NCBI RefSeq assembly: GCF_000737315.1
Contig: NZ_JMCB01000010.1
Span: 62,001-126,000 of the forward strand
Direction of reading: 5' to 3'
DNA length: 64,000 nucleotides
Source of the DNA: Hyalangium minutum
GTDB taxonomy: Bacteria; Myxococcota; Myxococcia; Myxococcales; Myxococcaceae
Shown: piece by piece, positions 18,928-27,021 of the stretch
How positions within the stretch are numbered: position 1 is the stretch's first letter
Layout of the letters: each line of letters begins with the position of its first letter
The notes under the pieces: model-generated
The model's input: the letters and a program-made list of their open reading frames with translations, nothing else
Told to the model about the DNA's origin: nothing
The model's database searches: none
Program-made: the position numbers and the translations under genes

Positions 18928-21183
18928 GTGCGTCCCTCGCGAATCTTCCCGCCGCTCGCCCTCCTGCGTGCCTCTCTCCTGACGGCGACCCTTGCCGCGA
19001 GCACTGCCCACGCTCAGGCCACCGAAGAGTGGAATACCTTTCCACCGACTTCCACACCCAACACTCCTGCAGCGCCACCAGTAAAATCCGCTCCGGCTGT
19101 CAGTGACAAGCAGCCAGCCACGCAGCCGTCCGCTGCTTCTCCTGCCACGGCCCCCGCGCCTGCCCCGGCCCAGCCCTCTTCCACCTCGGCCGCCTCTCCT
19201 GCTCCGACCCAGCAGCAGCCCACGCCGGCCAGCTCCGCGTCCAAGAGCGCTCCCGCCGCACCCGCCGAGCCGGAGCCTGTCGTCGTCTCCACACAGGAGC
19301 GCTTTCAGCCGGGCAGCGAGCCGCGCACTCCTTCCACCCTGCACAACGCGTGGACGGATCCGAAGAACCTGCGCCACACCTCCAGTGCGGTGGGCGGCGT
19401 AGGCCTGCTGCGCGTAGCGGGCGCGGACCTCGGAGCCAAGGGCGTGCTGCGCTTCTCCGTCACGGGCGAGTACTTCAAGAACGCCAACTTCCCCGTGCAG
19501 AGCGCGGAGGATACGCGCACGGCGGGCACCTTCGCGCTCTCCTATGTACCGCTGGAGTTCCTCGAGGTCTTCGCCGCTTATGGCGTCTCGGCCAACACCA
19601 ACTCGCGCTCGTCCCCCAACCTGATTCAGGCACTCGGGGACATCACGCTGGGCGTCCGGGGCTCGCGCCAGTGGGCCAAGGGCTTCTGGGCCGGTGTGGA
19701 TCTCCGGGCCATGTCCTTCTCGGGCGTGGGCAACCAGGACGTGAGCCGGTACGCGCTTGGCTTCGCGCCGCGGGTGCTCGCCACCTATGACCTGCGGCAA
19801 ATCAACGCGAAGCTGCCCCTCCGGGTGCACGGCAACCTGGGCCTCATCCTCGATGGGACGGGCGACCTGGTGACCACCACCCGCCTGAATGCCGCCGAGG
19901 AGTTCGCGCTCAACGTCAACCGCTTCAACCGTCTGGGGCTCGGACTCGGGGTCGAGGCGCCGCTGCCCGCGGTGACGCCGTTCCTGGAGTTCAACCTGGC
20001 CTACCCGCTGGGCGTCGGGGGCGAGGGCCTCGTGGCTCCGAACGGGGAGACCGTGTCCGCCGCCAGCGCCGCGTACAAGACGTTCAACGTGGGCGCGAAG
20101 ATCACCGCCCTTCGGGACGTCACCTTCACTGTGGGCGCCGAGATTGGCCTCACGCGCGTGGTGGGCCTGGGCGTCCCGGCCACCCCACCTCTCAACCTCT
20201 TCTTTGGCGCCGCCTACAGCGTGGACCTGCTCGGGAGCAGCACGACGCGCATCATCGAGACGATCCGCGAGCGCAAAGTGGAGGGCGCCGCTTCGGCCGC
20301 TCCCCAGACGGCACAGGTGTCGGGCGTGATCCTGGACTCGGCCACGCGCAAGCCCATCCCTGGCGTGCTGGTGACGGTGCCCGGCGCGGGGCTGCCCCCA
20401 GTGGCCACGGAGGCCGAGACGGGTCGCTTCCTCACTCACCCACTGCCCGCGGGCCCTGTGCGGATCGCCGCGCAGAAGGACGGCTACCGGCTCGTCGAGC
20501 ACGACATGAAGCTCACCGCCGGGGAGACCTCGACAGTGGAGCTGACGATGGAGGCCATGGCGCGTCCGGCCCTCTTCAATGTCTCCACCACCTCGAAGAA
20601 GAAGCCGGTGGCAGCGACGCTGCGCCTGCAGGGTCCGAAGAACCAGGAGTTCGCCACCTCCGAGTCCGCCACCGGTCCCTCGAAGCTCGAAGTCCCAGCG
20701 GGCCGCTACACGGTGAATGTGACGTCTCCGGGCTACCTGGCGCAGACGCGGGACGTGCAAGTCTCCGAAGGAGGTACCCTGGACCTGGCCTTCGAGCTGG
20801 AGCCCGAGCCCAAGAAGAAGCTGGTGGAGGTGAAGGAGAACAAGATCGAGATCCTCCAGCAGGTGCACTTCGGCACGGGCAAGGCCGTCATCCTGGCGGA
20901 CAGCTACCCGCTGCTGGCGCAGGTGGTGGACGCCATCGTTCGCAACGACATCAAGCGCGTGCGCATCGAGGGCCACACGGACAACCAGGGCCCGGCGGAC
21001 TTCAACCTGCAGCTCTCGAAGGATCGGGCGCAGGCGGTGGCGACGCACCTCATCAAGGCGGGCATCGATCCGGCGCGCATCGAGGTCGAGGGCTTTGGAG
21101 ACACGCGGCCCATCGCTCCCAACCTCACGCCCCGTGGCAGGGAACTGAACCGGCGCGTGGAGTTCGTCATCCTGGAGCGGTGA
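18928..21183 (+). CDS. OmpA-family protein: signal, P/A/S linker, putative beta-barrel, carboxypeptidase-regulatory/PEGA-like domains, OmpA peptidoglycan-binding domain
   Basis: C-terminal VHFGTGKA...IEGHTDNQG...NLQLSKDRAQAV...NRRVEF. Confidence 0.9.
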   Translation: MRPSRIFPPLALLRASLLTATLAASTAHAQATEEWNTFPPTSTPNTPAAPPVKSAPAVSDKQPATQPSAASPATAPAPAPAQPSSTSAASPAPTQQQPTPASSASKSAPAAPAEPEPVVVSTQERFQPGSEPRTPSTLHNAWTDPKNLRHTSSAVGGVGLLRVAGADLGAKGVLRFSVTGEYFKNANFPVQSAEDTRTAGTFALSYVPLEFLEVFAAYGVSANTNSRSSPNLIQALGDITLGVRGSRQWAKGFWAGVDLRAMSFSGVGNQDVSRYALGFAPRVLATYDLRQINAKLPLRVHGNLGLILDGTGDLVTTTRLNAAEEFALNVNRFNRLGLGLGVEAPLPAVTPFLEFNLAYPLGVGGEGLVAPNGETVSAASAAYKTFNVGAKITALRDVTFTVGAEIGLTRVVGLGVPATPPLNLFFGAAYSVDLLGSSTTRIIETIRERKVEGAASAAPQTAQVSGVILDSATRKPIPGVLVTVPGAGLPPVATEAETGRFLTHPLPAGPVRIAAQKDGYRLVEHDMKLTAGETSTVELTMEAMARPALFNVSTTSKKKPVAATLRLQGPKNQEFATSESATGPSKLEVPAGRYTVNVTSPGYLAQTRDVQVSEGGTLDLAFELEPEPKKKLVEVKENKIEILQQVHFGTGKAVILADSYPLLAQVVDAIVRNDIKRVRIEGHTDNQGPADFNLQLSKDRAQAVATHLIKAGIDPARIEVEGFGDTRPIAPNLTPRGRELNRRVEFVILER

Positions 21184-21217
21184 TCCGAGGGGCCAGCACG
21201 CGGTAGAGTCGGGGGCC

Positions 21218-22819
21218 ATGAAGGAACTCCTCCGCCTGACGCTGTCGCGTGCCGCGCTGCTCCCGCTGTCGCTCCTGGCTCTCTCCTGTGGAGGGGGCAC
21301 CACCAAGCCTCCGCAGAAGGATCCGCCCCAGGCCACCCTGTCGGTCCCCAAGCCGAACGTGGCCGGGCCGAAGATCACGGTCAACGTGGGCGCCACGGGC
21401 TGTGACGCGATCCAGACCTTGCAGATCCTCGACCGGGACGATCTGCTCAAGACCGTGCCCTACAGCGGGCCGGGCACCGTGCCGGTGGATCTGGCGGCCA
21501 ACGAGGTGAAGTACACCCGAGGCATCGCCGTGCAAATGTCGCTCAAGGCGCGCGTGACGTGCGCAGACGGGCGCTCGAACGACTCGCAGCCGCAGCCGGC
21601 CACCTTCTTCCCGGCGGCCGAGGTGATTGATCCCCCGCCCACCGGCGGCCAAGTGGTGACGGACAACTTCGTCACCGAGGGCACCCTGCCACTCATCTAC
21701 TTCATCGGGTGCGGCAACGCGGTGGGCGGCTTCCCCAAGCTCTACAAGGTGGAGAAGAACAACACCTCCACGCAGGAGCCCCTGTCGGTCAACATGCCGT
21801 TCATCTGCACCCAGTCGACGGTCATCACCCCGAAGCACCCGGCCACGGGCAAGCGCTGGGTGTGGACGCCGGACGCGGGCGCCATGGCGATCGACGCGAA
21901 CCTGAACATCACTGGGCAGGTGCTTGCTCCGATCGATCTGCTGGTGGTCGGGGCGGACGGGGATGCCATCGTCTATGACGCGGGCTCGAGTGGCGCCATC
22001 GTGGGCGTGTCGCGCGTCAGCCACGTGAACGGCGCCGTCAAGTGGTCCCGTTCCCCCGAGGGCCTGCTCATCAACGCTCCCGCGGCCAGTTCCAATGAAG
22101 TGATGGTCGCTTCCATCACGGCCAACAATGCTCCCTCGGGGCGGGCCAACATCCTCGTCACGAGGCTGGACTATGCCAACGGGGCGCCGCTGGGTGTCGC
22201 CACGGTCCTGCAAGTGGCGAGCGACAATCCCATTCCCTCCACCGCTCCGCCGACCGTCTTCAGCCCGAATGGAGACCTGCTCTTCGTTGCCTCCACGGGC
22301 ATAGGGGGCATTACCACCGTGTTGGCGTGCCTCACGAATGCGAACAACTGCTCCCCCAACTCTCAGCGGTGGACCACCTCCCCCGTGCTGAGCGCCCCTC
22401 TGGCGGCCCTGGTGCCCTACGCCGCGGGCAGCCGGGTGGCGGCCGTCGCGTCCCAGCAGGTGTGGTTCCTGGACGCGGGCACCGGCGCGGTGACGAACAA
22501 GGGCGGCTTGGACGGAGCGCTGAGCCCCGAGGGCGGGCTGGTGGTGCTCCAGGTGCAGCCGGGCGCTCCGCCGTACCCGCAGAGCTTCTACATCCTGAGC
22601 GGGCCGCCTCCGCAGCAGAACCTGCCCGCGCCGCAGCCCCTGGAGATCATCGCCACGGATGATCCCACCAAGGGCGAGCTCTACCGCTACCAGATCAACG
22701 CGGGCAGCCTCTCGGTGGCGATGGATGACGCGGGCACGCTCTGGATGCGGGCGGGCGGCAGCCTCGTGCGGCCACTTTCCCTGGGCGAGTACCGCCAGGT
22801 GCGGCCCGTCACGCCGTAG
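21218..22819 (+). CDS. Hypothetical lipoprotein, probably beta-propeller-rich (533 aa)
   Basis: Lipobox LALSC; repeated short beta-strand units with W/Y; TAGAGT 8 nt upstream of the ATG. Confidence 0.8.
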   Translation: MKELLRLTLSRAALLPLSLLALSCGGGTTKPPQKDPPQATLSVPKPNVAGPKITVNVGATGCDAIQTLQILDRDDLLKTVPYSGPGTVPVDLAANEVKYTRGIAVQMSLKARVTCADGRSNDSQPQPATFFPAAEVIDPPPTGGQVVTDNFVTEGTLPLIYFIGCGNAVGGFPKLYKVEKNNTSTQEPLSVNMPFICTQSTVITPKHPATGKRWVWTPDAGAMAIDANLNITGQVLAPIDLLVVGADGDAIVYDAGSSGAIVGVSRVSHVNGAVKWSRSPEGLLINAPAASSNEVMVASITANNAPSGRANILVTRLDYANGAPLGVATVLQVASDNPIPSTAPPTVFSPNGDLLFVASTGIGGITTVLACLTNANNCSPNSQRWTTSPVLSAPLAALVPYAAGSRVAAVASQQVWFLDAGTGAVTNKGGLDGALSPEGGLVVLQVQPGAPPYPQSFYILSGPPPQQNLPAPQPLEIIATDDPTKGELYRYQINAGSLSVAMDDAGTLWMRAGGSLVRPLSLGEYRQVRPVTP

Positions 22820-23555
22820 GCTTGTCGGCGACGAGGAGCGCTTCCACGTTGCCGGCAGGCCCAGGCACCGGTGAGTCCATCACCCCACGCACCGTGAGCC
22901 CCTGCTCGCGGGCGAAGGCCAACACCGTGTCGATGGCCTCCTGGCGAGCGGCGGCGTCTCGCACCACGCCGCCCTTGCCGATCCGCTCCCGCCCCACCTC
23001 GAACTGAGGCTTCACCAGGGCCACCAGCAGCCCGCCGGGCTCCAGGAACGGCAGCACCGCGGGCAGCACCTGGGTGAGCGAGATGAAGCTCACGTCGATG
23101 ACGGCGACGCCCACCTTCTCCGGCAGATCCTCGTCCGTCAGGTAGCGCGCGTTCACCCGCTCGCGTGAGCGCACCCGCGGGTCCGTCCTCAGCTTCTCGT
23201 GGAGCTGGCCGTAGCCCACGTCGATGGCGTGCACGCGGACCGCCCCATGTTGCAGGAGACAGTCCGTGAAGCCGCCCGTGCTCGCACCGATGTCCGCGCC
23301 CACCCGGCCGCGCACGTCCAGCCCGAAGCGATCCATGGCCGCCTTGAGCTTGAGCCCTCCGCGAGAGACGTACGGGAGGACCTCGCCCTTGAGCCGCAGT
23401 TCCGCGTCCACGGACACCTGGGCACCAGGCTTGTCCACCCGCTGATCGTCCACCACCACCTGGCCCGCGAGAATGAGCGCCTGCGCCTTGGCGCGGGATT
23501 CGGCCAGCCCTCGCTCCACCACCAGGATGTCAACACGCTCCTTGCGCGACTTCAC
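22809..23555 (-). CDS. tlyA: TlyA-family RNA methyltransferase (S4 plus FtsJ domain)
   Basis: YVSRGGLKL, DIGASTGGFTD, IDVSFISL, LVKPQFE, GPAGNVE. Confidence 0.95.
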   Translation of the reverse strand: MKSRKERVDILVVERGLAESRAKAQALILAGQVVVDDQRVDKPGAQVSVDAELRLKGEVLPYVSRGGLKLKAAMDRFGLDVRGRVGADIGASTGGFTDCLLQHGAVRVHAIDVGYGQLHEKLRTDPRVRSRERVNARYLTDEDLPEKVGVAVIDVSFISLTQVLPAVLPFLEPGGLLVALVKPQFEVGRERIGKGGVVRDAAARQEAIDTVLAFAREQGLTVRGVMDSPVPGPAGNVEALLVADKPTA

Positions 23556-25300
23556 CGCCCCGCCTCCAGCAGCTCACGCCCCACGCGCCGCAGGCCCTCG
23601 GCGTCCAGCCCCAGCTCCGCGCGCTGCACCCGTGCATCTCCATGCGGAACGAAGGTGTCCGGCATCCCCATCAGCCGCACGCGCGGCGAGCGCCTGTGCA
23701 CCGCGTACAGCTCCAGCACCGCGCTCCCCAGCCCTCCCCGCGTCGTCCCTTCCTCCGCCACCACCACGTTTCCGCAGGCCGCAGCCTCCAGCAGCGCCGG
23801 AGCATCCAGCGGGCTCACGGACCGCGCATCCAGCACGCTCCACCCAGGCTCTGCTCGCGCCGCCGCCAGCGCAGCCAGCCCCAGCGGCCCCAGCGTCACC
23901 AGCGTGAGGCGCGGCGCCTCCGCTCTCAGCAGCCAGCGCGCACCCTGAATCGGAGCCTCCCCGGGGCTCAGCTCGGACGGCACGGCAGGCAGGGTGCCTC
24001 GCGGGAAGCGGATAACTGTGGCCCCCTGGGCCTCCAGCGCCGTGGCCAGCATGGGAGCCATGTCCTCACCCACCACCGGCGCCATGATCGACAGCCCCGG
24101 CAACGCACGGAGCGAAGAGACGTCATACGTGCCCTGGTGCGTGGCCCCGTCCGCGCCCACCAGCCCCGCCCGATCCACCGCGAAGACGACGGACAGCCCA
24201 GGCAGGCACACGTCGTGGATGACCTGATCGTACGCGCGCTGGAGGAACGTGGAGTAGATGGCACAGACGGGCCGCAGGCCTACGGCCGCCAGTCCCGCGC
24301 AGAAGGTGACAGCGTGCTGCTCGGCGATGCCCACGTCGTAGACACGGTCCGGGTAGCGGAGCTTCAGGTCCACCAGCGCGGAGCCCTCCAGCATGGCCGG
24401 AGTGACGGCCACCACGCGCTCATCCCGCGCCATCGCATCCTCGAGCGCTGCGGCGAAAGCCTCGCTGAAAGTGCGCTGGCCTCCGCGCGAGCGCACCAGC
24501 TTTCCATCACGCCACTCGTATGGGCCCATGGCGTGGCCGCGCGTCTGCGTGTCCGCCTCAGCGGGCGGAAAGCCCCGGCCCTTCTGCGTCAGCGCGTGCA
24601 CCACCACCGGCCGAGACGAGGCGCGGGCCTCCCGCAACGCCGCAATCAGTGGCTCCAGCGCATGCCCATCCACCGGGCCCAGGTACGTGAAGCCCAAACC
24701 CTCGAAGAAGCCTCGAGCCTCGCGGGTCCGCAGCAGCGCGGGAATGGCGCCCACGTTGGCGGAGATGGACATCTGGTTGTCGTTGAGCACCACCACCAGC
24801 GGCAGCGGCGAGCCGCCCGCGTTGTTGAGGCCCTCGAAGGTCAGCCCGCCCGTGAGCGCCCCATCCCCCACCACCGCCACCACGTGGCTCTTGCGCCCCT
24901 GCAGGCGCCAGCCCTCGAGCATCCCCAGCCCTGCCGACACCGCCGTGCACGCATGCCCTGCCGCGAGCGGATCATGCGGGCTCTCGCGGGGATCCAGGAA
25001 CGGAGCAATGCCCCCCGCCTGCCGCAGCGAGTTCATGCGATCGCGCCGCCCGGTAAGCAGCTTGTGCGCGTACGCCTGGTGGCCCACGTCGAAGAGGATC
25101 GCGTCCTGGGGCGAGTGGAACACCCGGTGCAGCGCCACCACCAGCTCCACCGCTCCGAGCGAGGCGCCCAGGTGGCCGCCCACCCGCCCGCAGATGTTGA
25201 TGATGTCGTCGCGCAGCTCCTCGCACAGGCGCGGCAGCTCCGCCTCGGGCAGGGCCCTCACGTCCACGGGCCCTTGGATGCCCGGGAGGAGTGGTGTCAC
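23552..25300 (-). CDS. dxs: 1-deoxy-D-xylulose-5-phosphate synthase (short form)
   Basis: GTG 25300 overlaps the ispA stop; GGHLGASLG, FDVGHQAYAHK, GDGALTGG...NDN, IAEQHA, DRAGLVGADGATH. Confidence 0.95.
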   Translation of the reverse strand: MTPLLPGIQGPVDVRALPEAELPRLCEELRDDIINICGRVGGHLGASLGAVELVVALHRVFHSPQDAILFDVGHQAYAHKLLTGRRDRMNSLRQAGGIAPFLDPRESPHDPLAAGHACTAVSAGLGMLEGWRLQGRKSHVVAVVGDGALTGGLTFEGLNNAGGSPLPLVVVLNDNQMSISANVGAIPALLRTREARGFFEGLGFTYLGPVDGHALEPLIAALREARASSRPVVVHALTQKGRGFPPAEADTQTRGHAMGPYEWRDGKLVRSRGGQRTFSEAFAAALEDAMARDERVVAVTPAMLEGSALVDLKLRYPDRVYDVGIAEQHAVTFCAGLAAVGLRPVCAIYSTFLQRAYDQVIHDVCLPGLSVVFAVDRAGLVGADGATHQGTYDVSSLRALPGLSIMAPVVGEDMAPMLATALEAQGATVIRFPRGTLPAVPSELSPGEAPIQGARWLLRAEAPRLTLVTLGPLGLAALAAARAEPGWSVLDARSVSPLDAPALLEAAACGNVVVAEEGTTRGGLGSAVLELYAVHRRSPRVRLMGMPDTFVPHGDARVQRAELGLDAEGLRRVGRELLEAGR

Positions 25301-26190
25301 GAGTTCCGCTCCAGCACGTAACGCGCGATCACCGACAACGGGCCTCCCGCACCCTCCAGCGGCTCCACGGCGGCCACGGCGTCGGCCACCTTGCGCTCGG
25401 CCAGCATCCACGAGGCCTCCAGGCCGATCACGGCCGGGTACGTGTGCCGGCCCGCCGCGGCGTCCGCATGCACGGGCTTGCCCATCTTCTCGGGGGTGCT
25501 GATCACATCCAGGATGTCGTCGGCGATCTGGAACGCCAGCCCGATGGAGTCGCCGTAGGTGTCCGCCCGCTGGAGCGCGTCCGCATTCCCGCCCGCGGCC
25601 AGCACGCCCATGCGGCACGCGGCACGAATCAGCGCGCCCGTCTTCAGGCTGTGCATGCGCGACAGGTAGTCGATCTGCGCGGGCCGATCCTCGGCGATGT
25701 CCAGCACCTGCCCGCCCACCATGCCTGCGGAGCCAGCGGCCACGGCCAGCTCGCGGCAGAGCGCGCCCCGCACCGGCTCCGGTCCCGAGGCCAGCACGTT
25801 GAAAGCCTCCGTGAGCAGCGCATCGCCCGCGAGGATGGCCATGGCCTCGCCGAACACCTTGTGCGAGGTGGGCCGCCCTCGGCGGTAGTCGTCATTGTCC
25901 ATGGCGGGCAGGTCGTCATGGATCAGCGAATAGGTGTGGATGTACTCGAGCGCGCACGCGGCGTCATCGGCGGGAGACAGCGAGCCGCTCTGCTTGCGCA
26001 CGGAGTCCGAGAACACCAGGCAGAGGATGGGGCGCAGGCGCTTGCCGCCGGCCAGCAGCGAGTAGCGCATGGCCTCGGCCAGGCGCGGCGGCGTGCCCGT
26101 GGACTCCAGCCGGTTGGCGCGCGAGAGCAACAAGCTCTCCACCCGCGTCTGCTGCACACTGAGGAAGTCTTTCAGGTCGAAGGTACTCAC
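25297..26190 (-). CDS. ispA: Polyprenyl (farnesyl/geranylgeranyl) diphosphate synthase
   Basis: GGKRLRP, HTYSLIHDDLPAMDNDDYRRG, KTGAL, FQIADD. Confidence 0.93.
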   Translation of the reverse strand: MSTFDLKDFLSVQQTRVESLLLSRANRLESTGTPPRLAEAMRYSLLAGGKRLRPILCLVFSDSVRKQSGSLSPADDAACALEYIHTYSLIHDDLPAMDNDDYRRGRPTSHKVFGEAMAILAGDALLTEAFNVLASGPEPVRGALCRELAVAAGSAGMVGGQVLDIAEDRPAQIDYLSRMHSLKTGALIRAACRMGVLAAGGNADALQRADTYGDSIGLAFQIADDILDVISTPEKMGKPVHADAAAGRHTYPAVIGLEASWMLAERKVADAVAAVEPLEGAGGPLSVIARYVLERNS

Positions 26191-26195
26191 GGGCT

Positions 26196-26591
26196 TCAGT
26201 GCTCCTCCGGCACCGGGGCCGGAACCGGGACCAGCTCACGTATACGCGCCAGCAGCTGGTTGAGATCCAGCGGCTTGACGAAGTAGTCCGCTGCCCCCGC
26301 CTCCAGCCCCTTGCGCCGGTCCTCCGGCTCTCCGCGCCCGCTGACGAACACGACGGGGATGTCCCGGAAGTGGGGGTTCTTCTTCACGGCCTTGCACAGC
26401 TCGAAGCCGTCGATCCAGGACATGTTCACGTCCAGGAGGATGAGGTGCGGGCGGTGCAGCTCCAGCGAGGAGATCAGCCGCAGGCCATTGGCCGCGCTCG
26501 ACACCTCGAAGCCCTCGGTCTCCAGGGCCAGGGCGAGCAGCTCCCGCGTATCGCGATCGTCATCGACGATGATGATTCTGGGCTTTTCCAT
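26196..26591 (-). CDS. Single-domain response regulator
   Basis: IVDDD, LLDVNM (phospho-Asp), FVSG, VKP; no output domain. Confidence 0.93.
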   Translation of the reverse strand: MEKPRIIIVDDDRDTRELLALALETEGFEVSSAANGLRLISSLELHRPHLILLDVNMSWIDGFELCKAVKKNPHFRDIPVVFVSGRGEPEDRRKGLEAGAADYFVKPLDLNQLLARIRELVPVPAPVPEEH

Positions 26592-26614
26592 GGCTGACCC
26601 CCACGCCGCGACCG

Positions 26615-26938
26615 TCAGAATGGAACATCGTCTTCTGGAGGAGGCTTGTTCGCCGTGGCCTTGGGGGCAGCCGCGGGCGCGGGCCGGTTCCCCACCGACA
26701 ACGGGGCCACGGTGTCCCGGCCCTCCTCGTCCACCAGGAGCTGCTCGATGCGCTGCTCGGCCTCGTTGAGGAGCTTCTCGCCCTTGCGGACCAGACGGAT
26801 GCCCTCCTCGAACGCCTTGAGCGACTCCTCGAGCGACAGCGAGCCGCCCTCCAGCTTCGCCACCATCTCCTCCAGGCGCGCTACCACGTCCCCGTACTGC
26901 TCGGGCGCTGGCTCCCCTGCCTTGGCTGCCTTCGACAC
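26615..26938 (-). CDS. xseB: Exodeoxyribonuclease VII small subunit (copy 1)
   Basis: GTG 26938 with GGAGGT RBS; LEEMVAKLEGGSLSLEESLKAFEEGIRLVRKGEKLLNEAEQRIEQL; extended tail ending EDDVPF. Confidence 0.95.
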   Translation of the reverse strand: MSKAAKAGEPAPEQYGDVVARLEEMVAKLEGGSLSLEESLKAFEEGIRLVRKGEKLLNEAEQRIEQLLVDEEGRDTVAPLSVGNRPAPAAAPKATANKPPPEDDVPF

Positions 26939-27021
26939 GTCCAACACCTCCACCCCGTGAAGAGGGGGCGGGCGACTCTAAAGGACGCCCTTTCCGGGAG
27001 CCAGCGCGGACTGCCAGTGCG

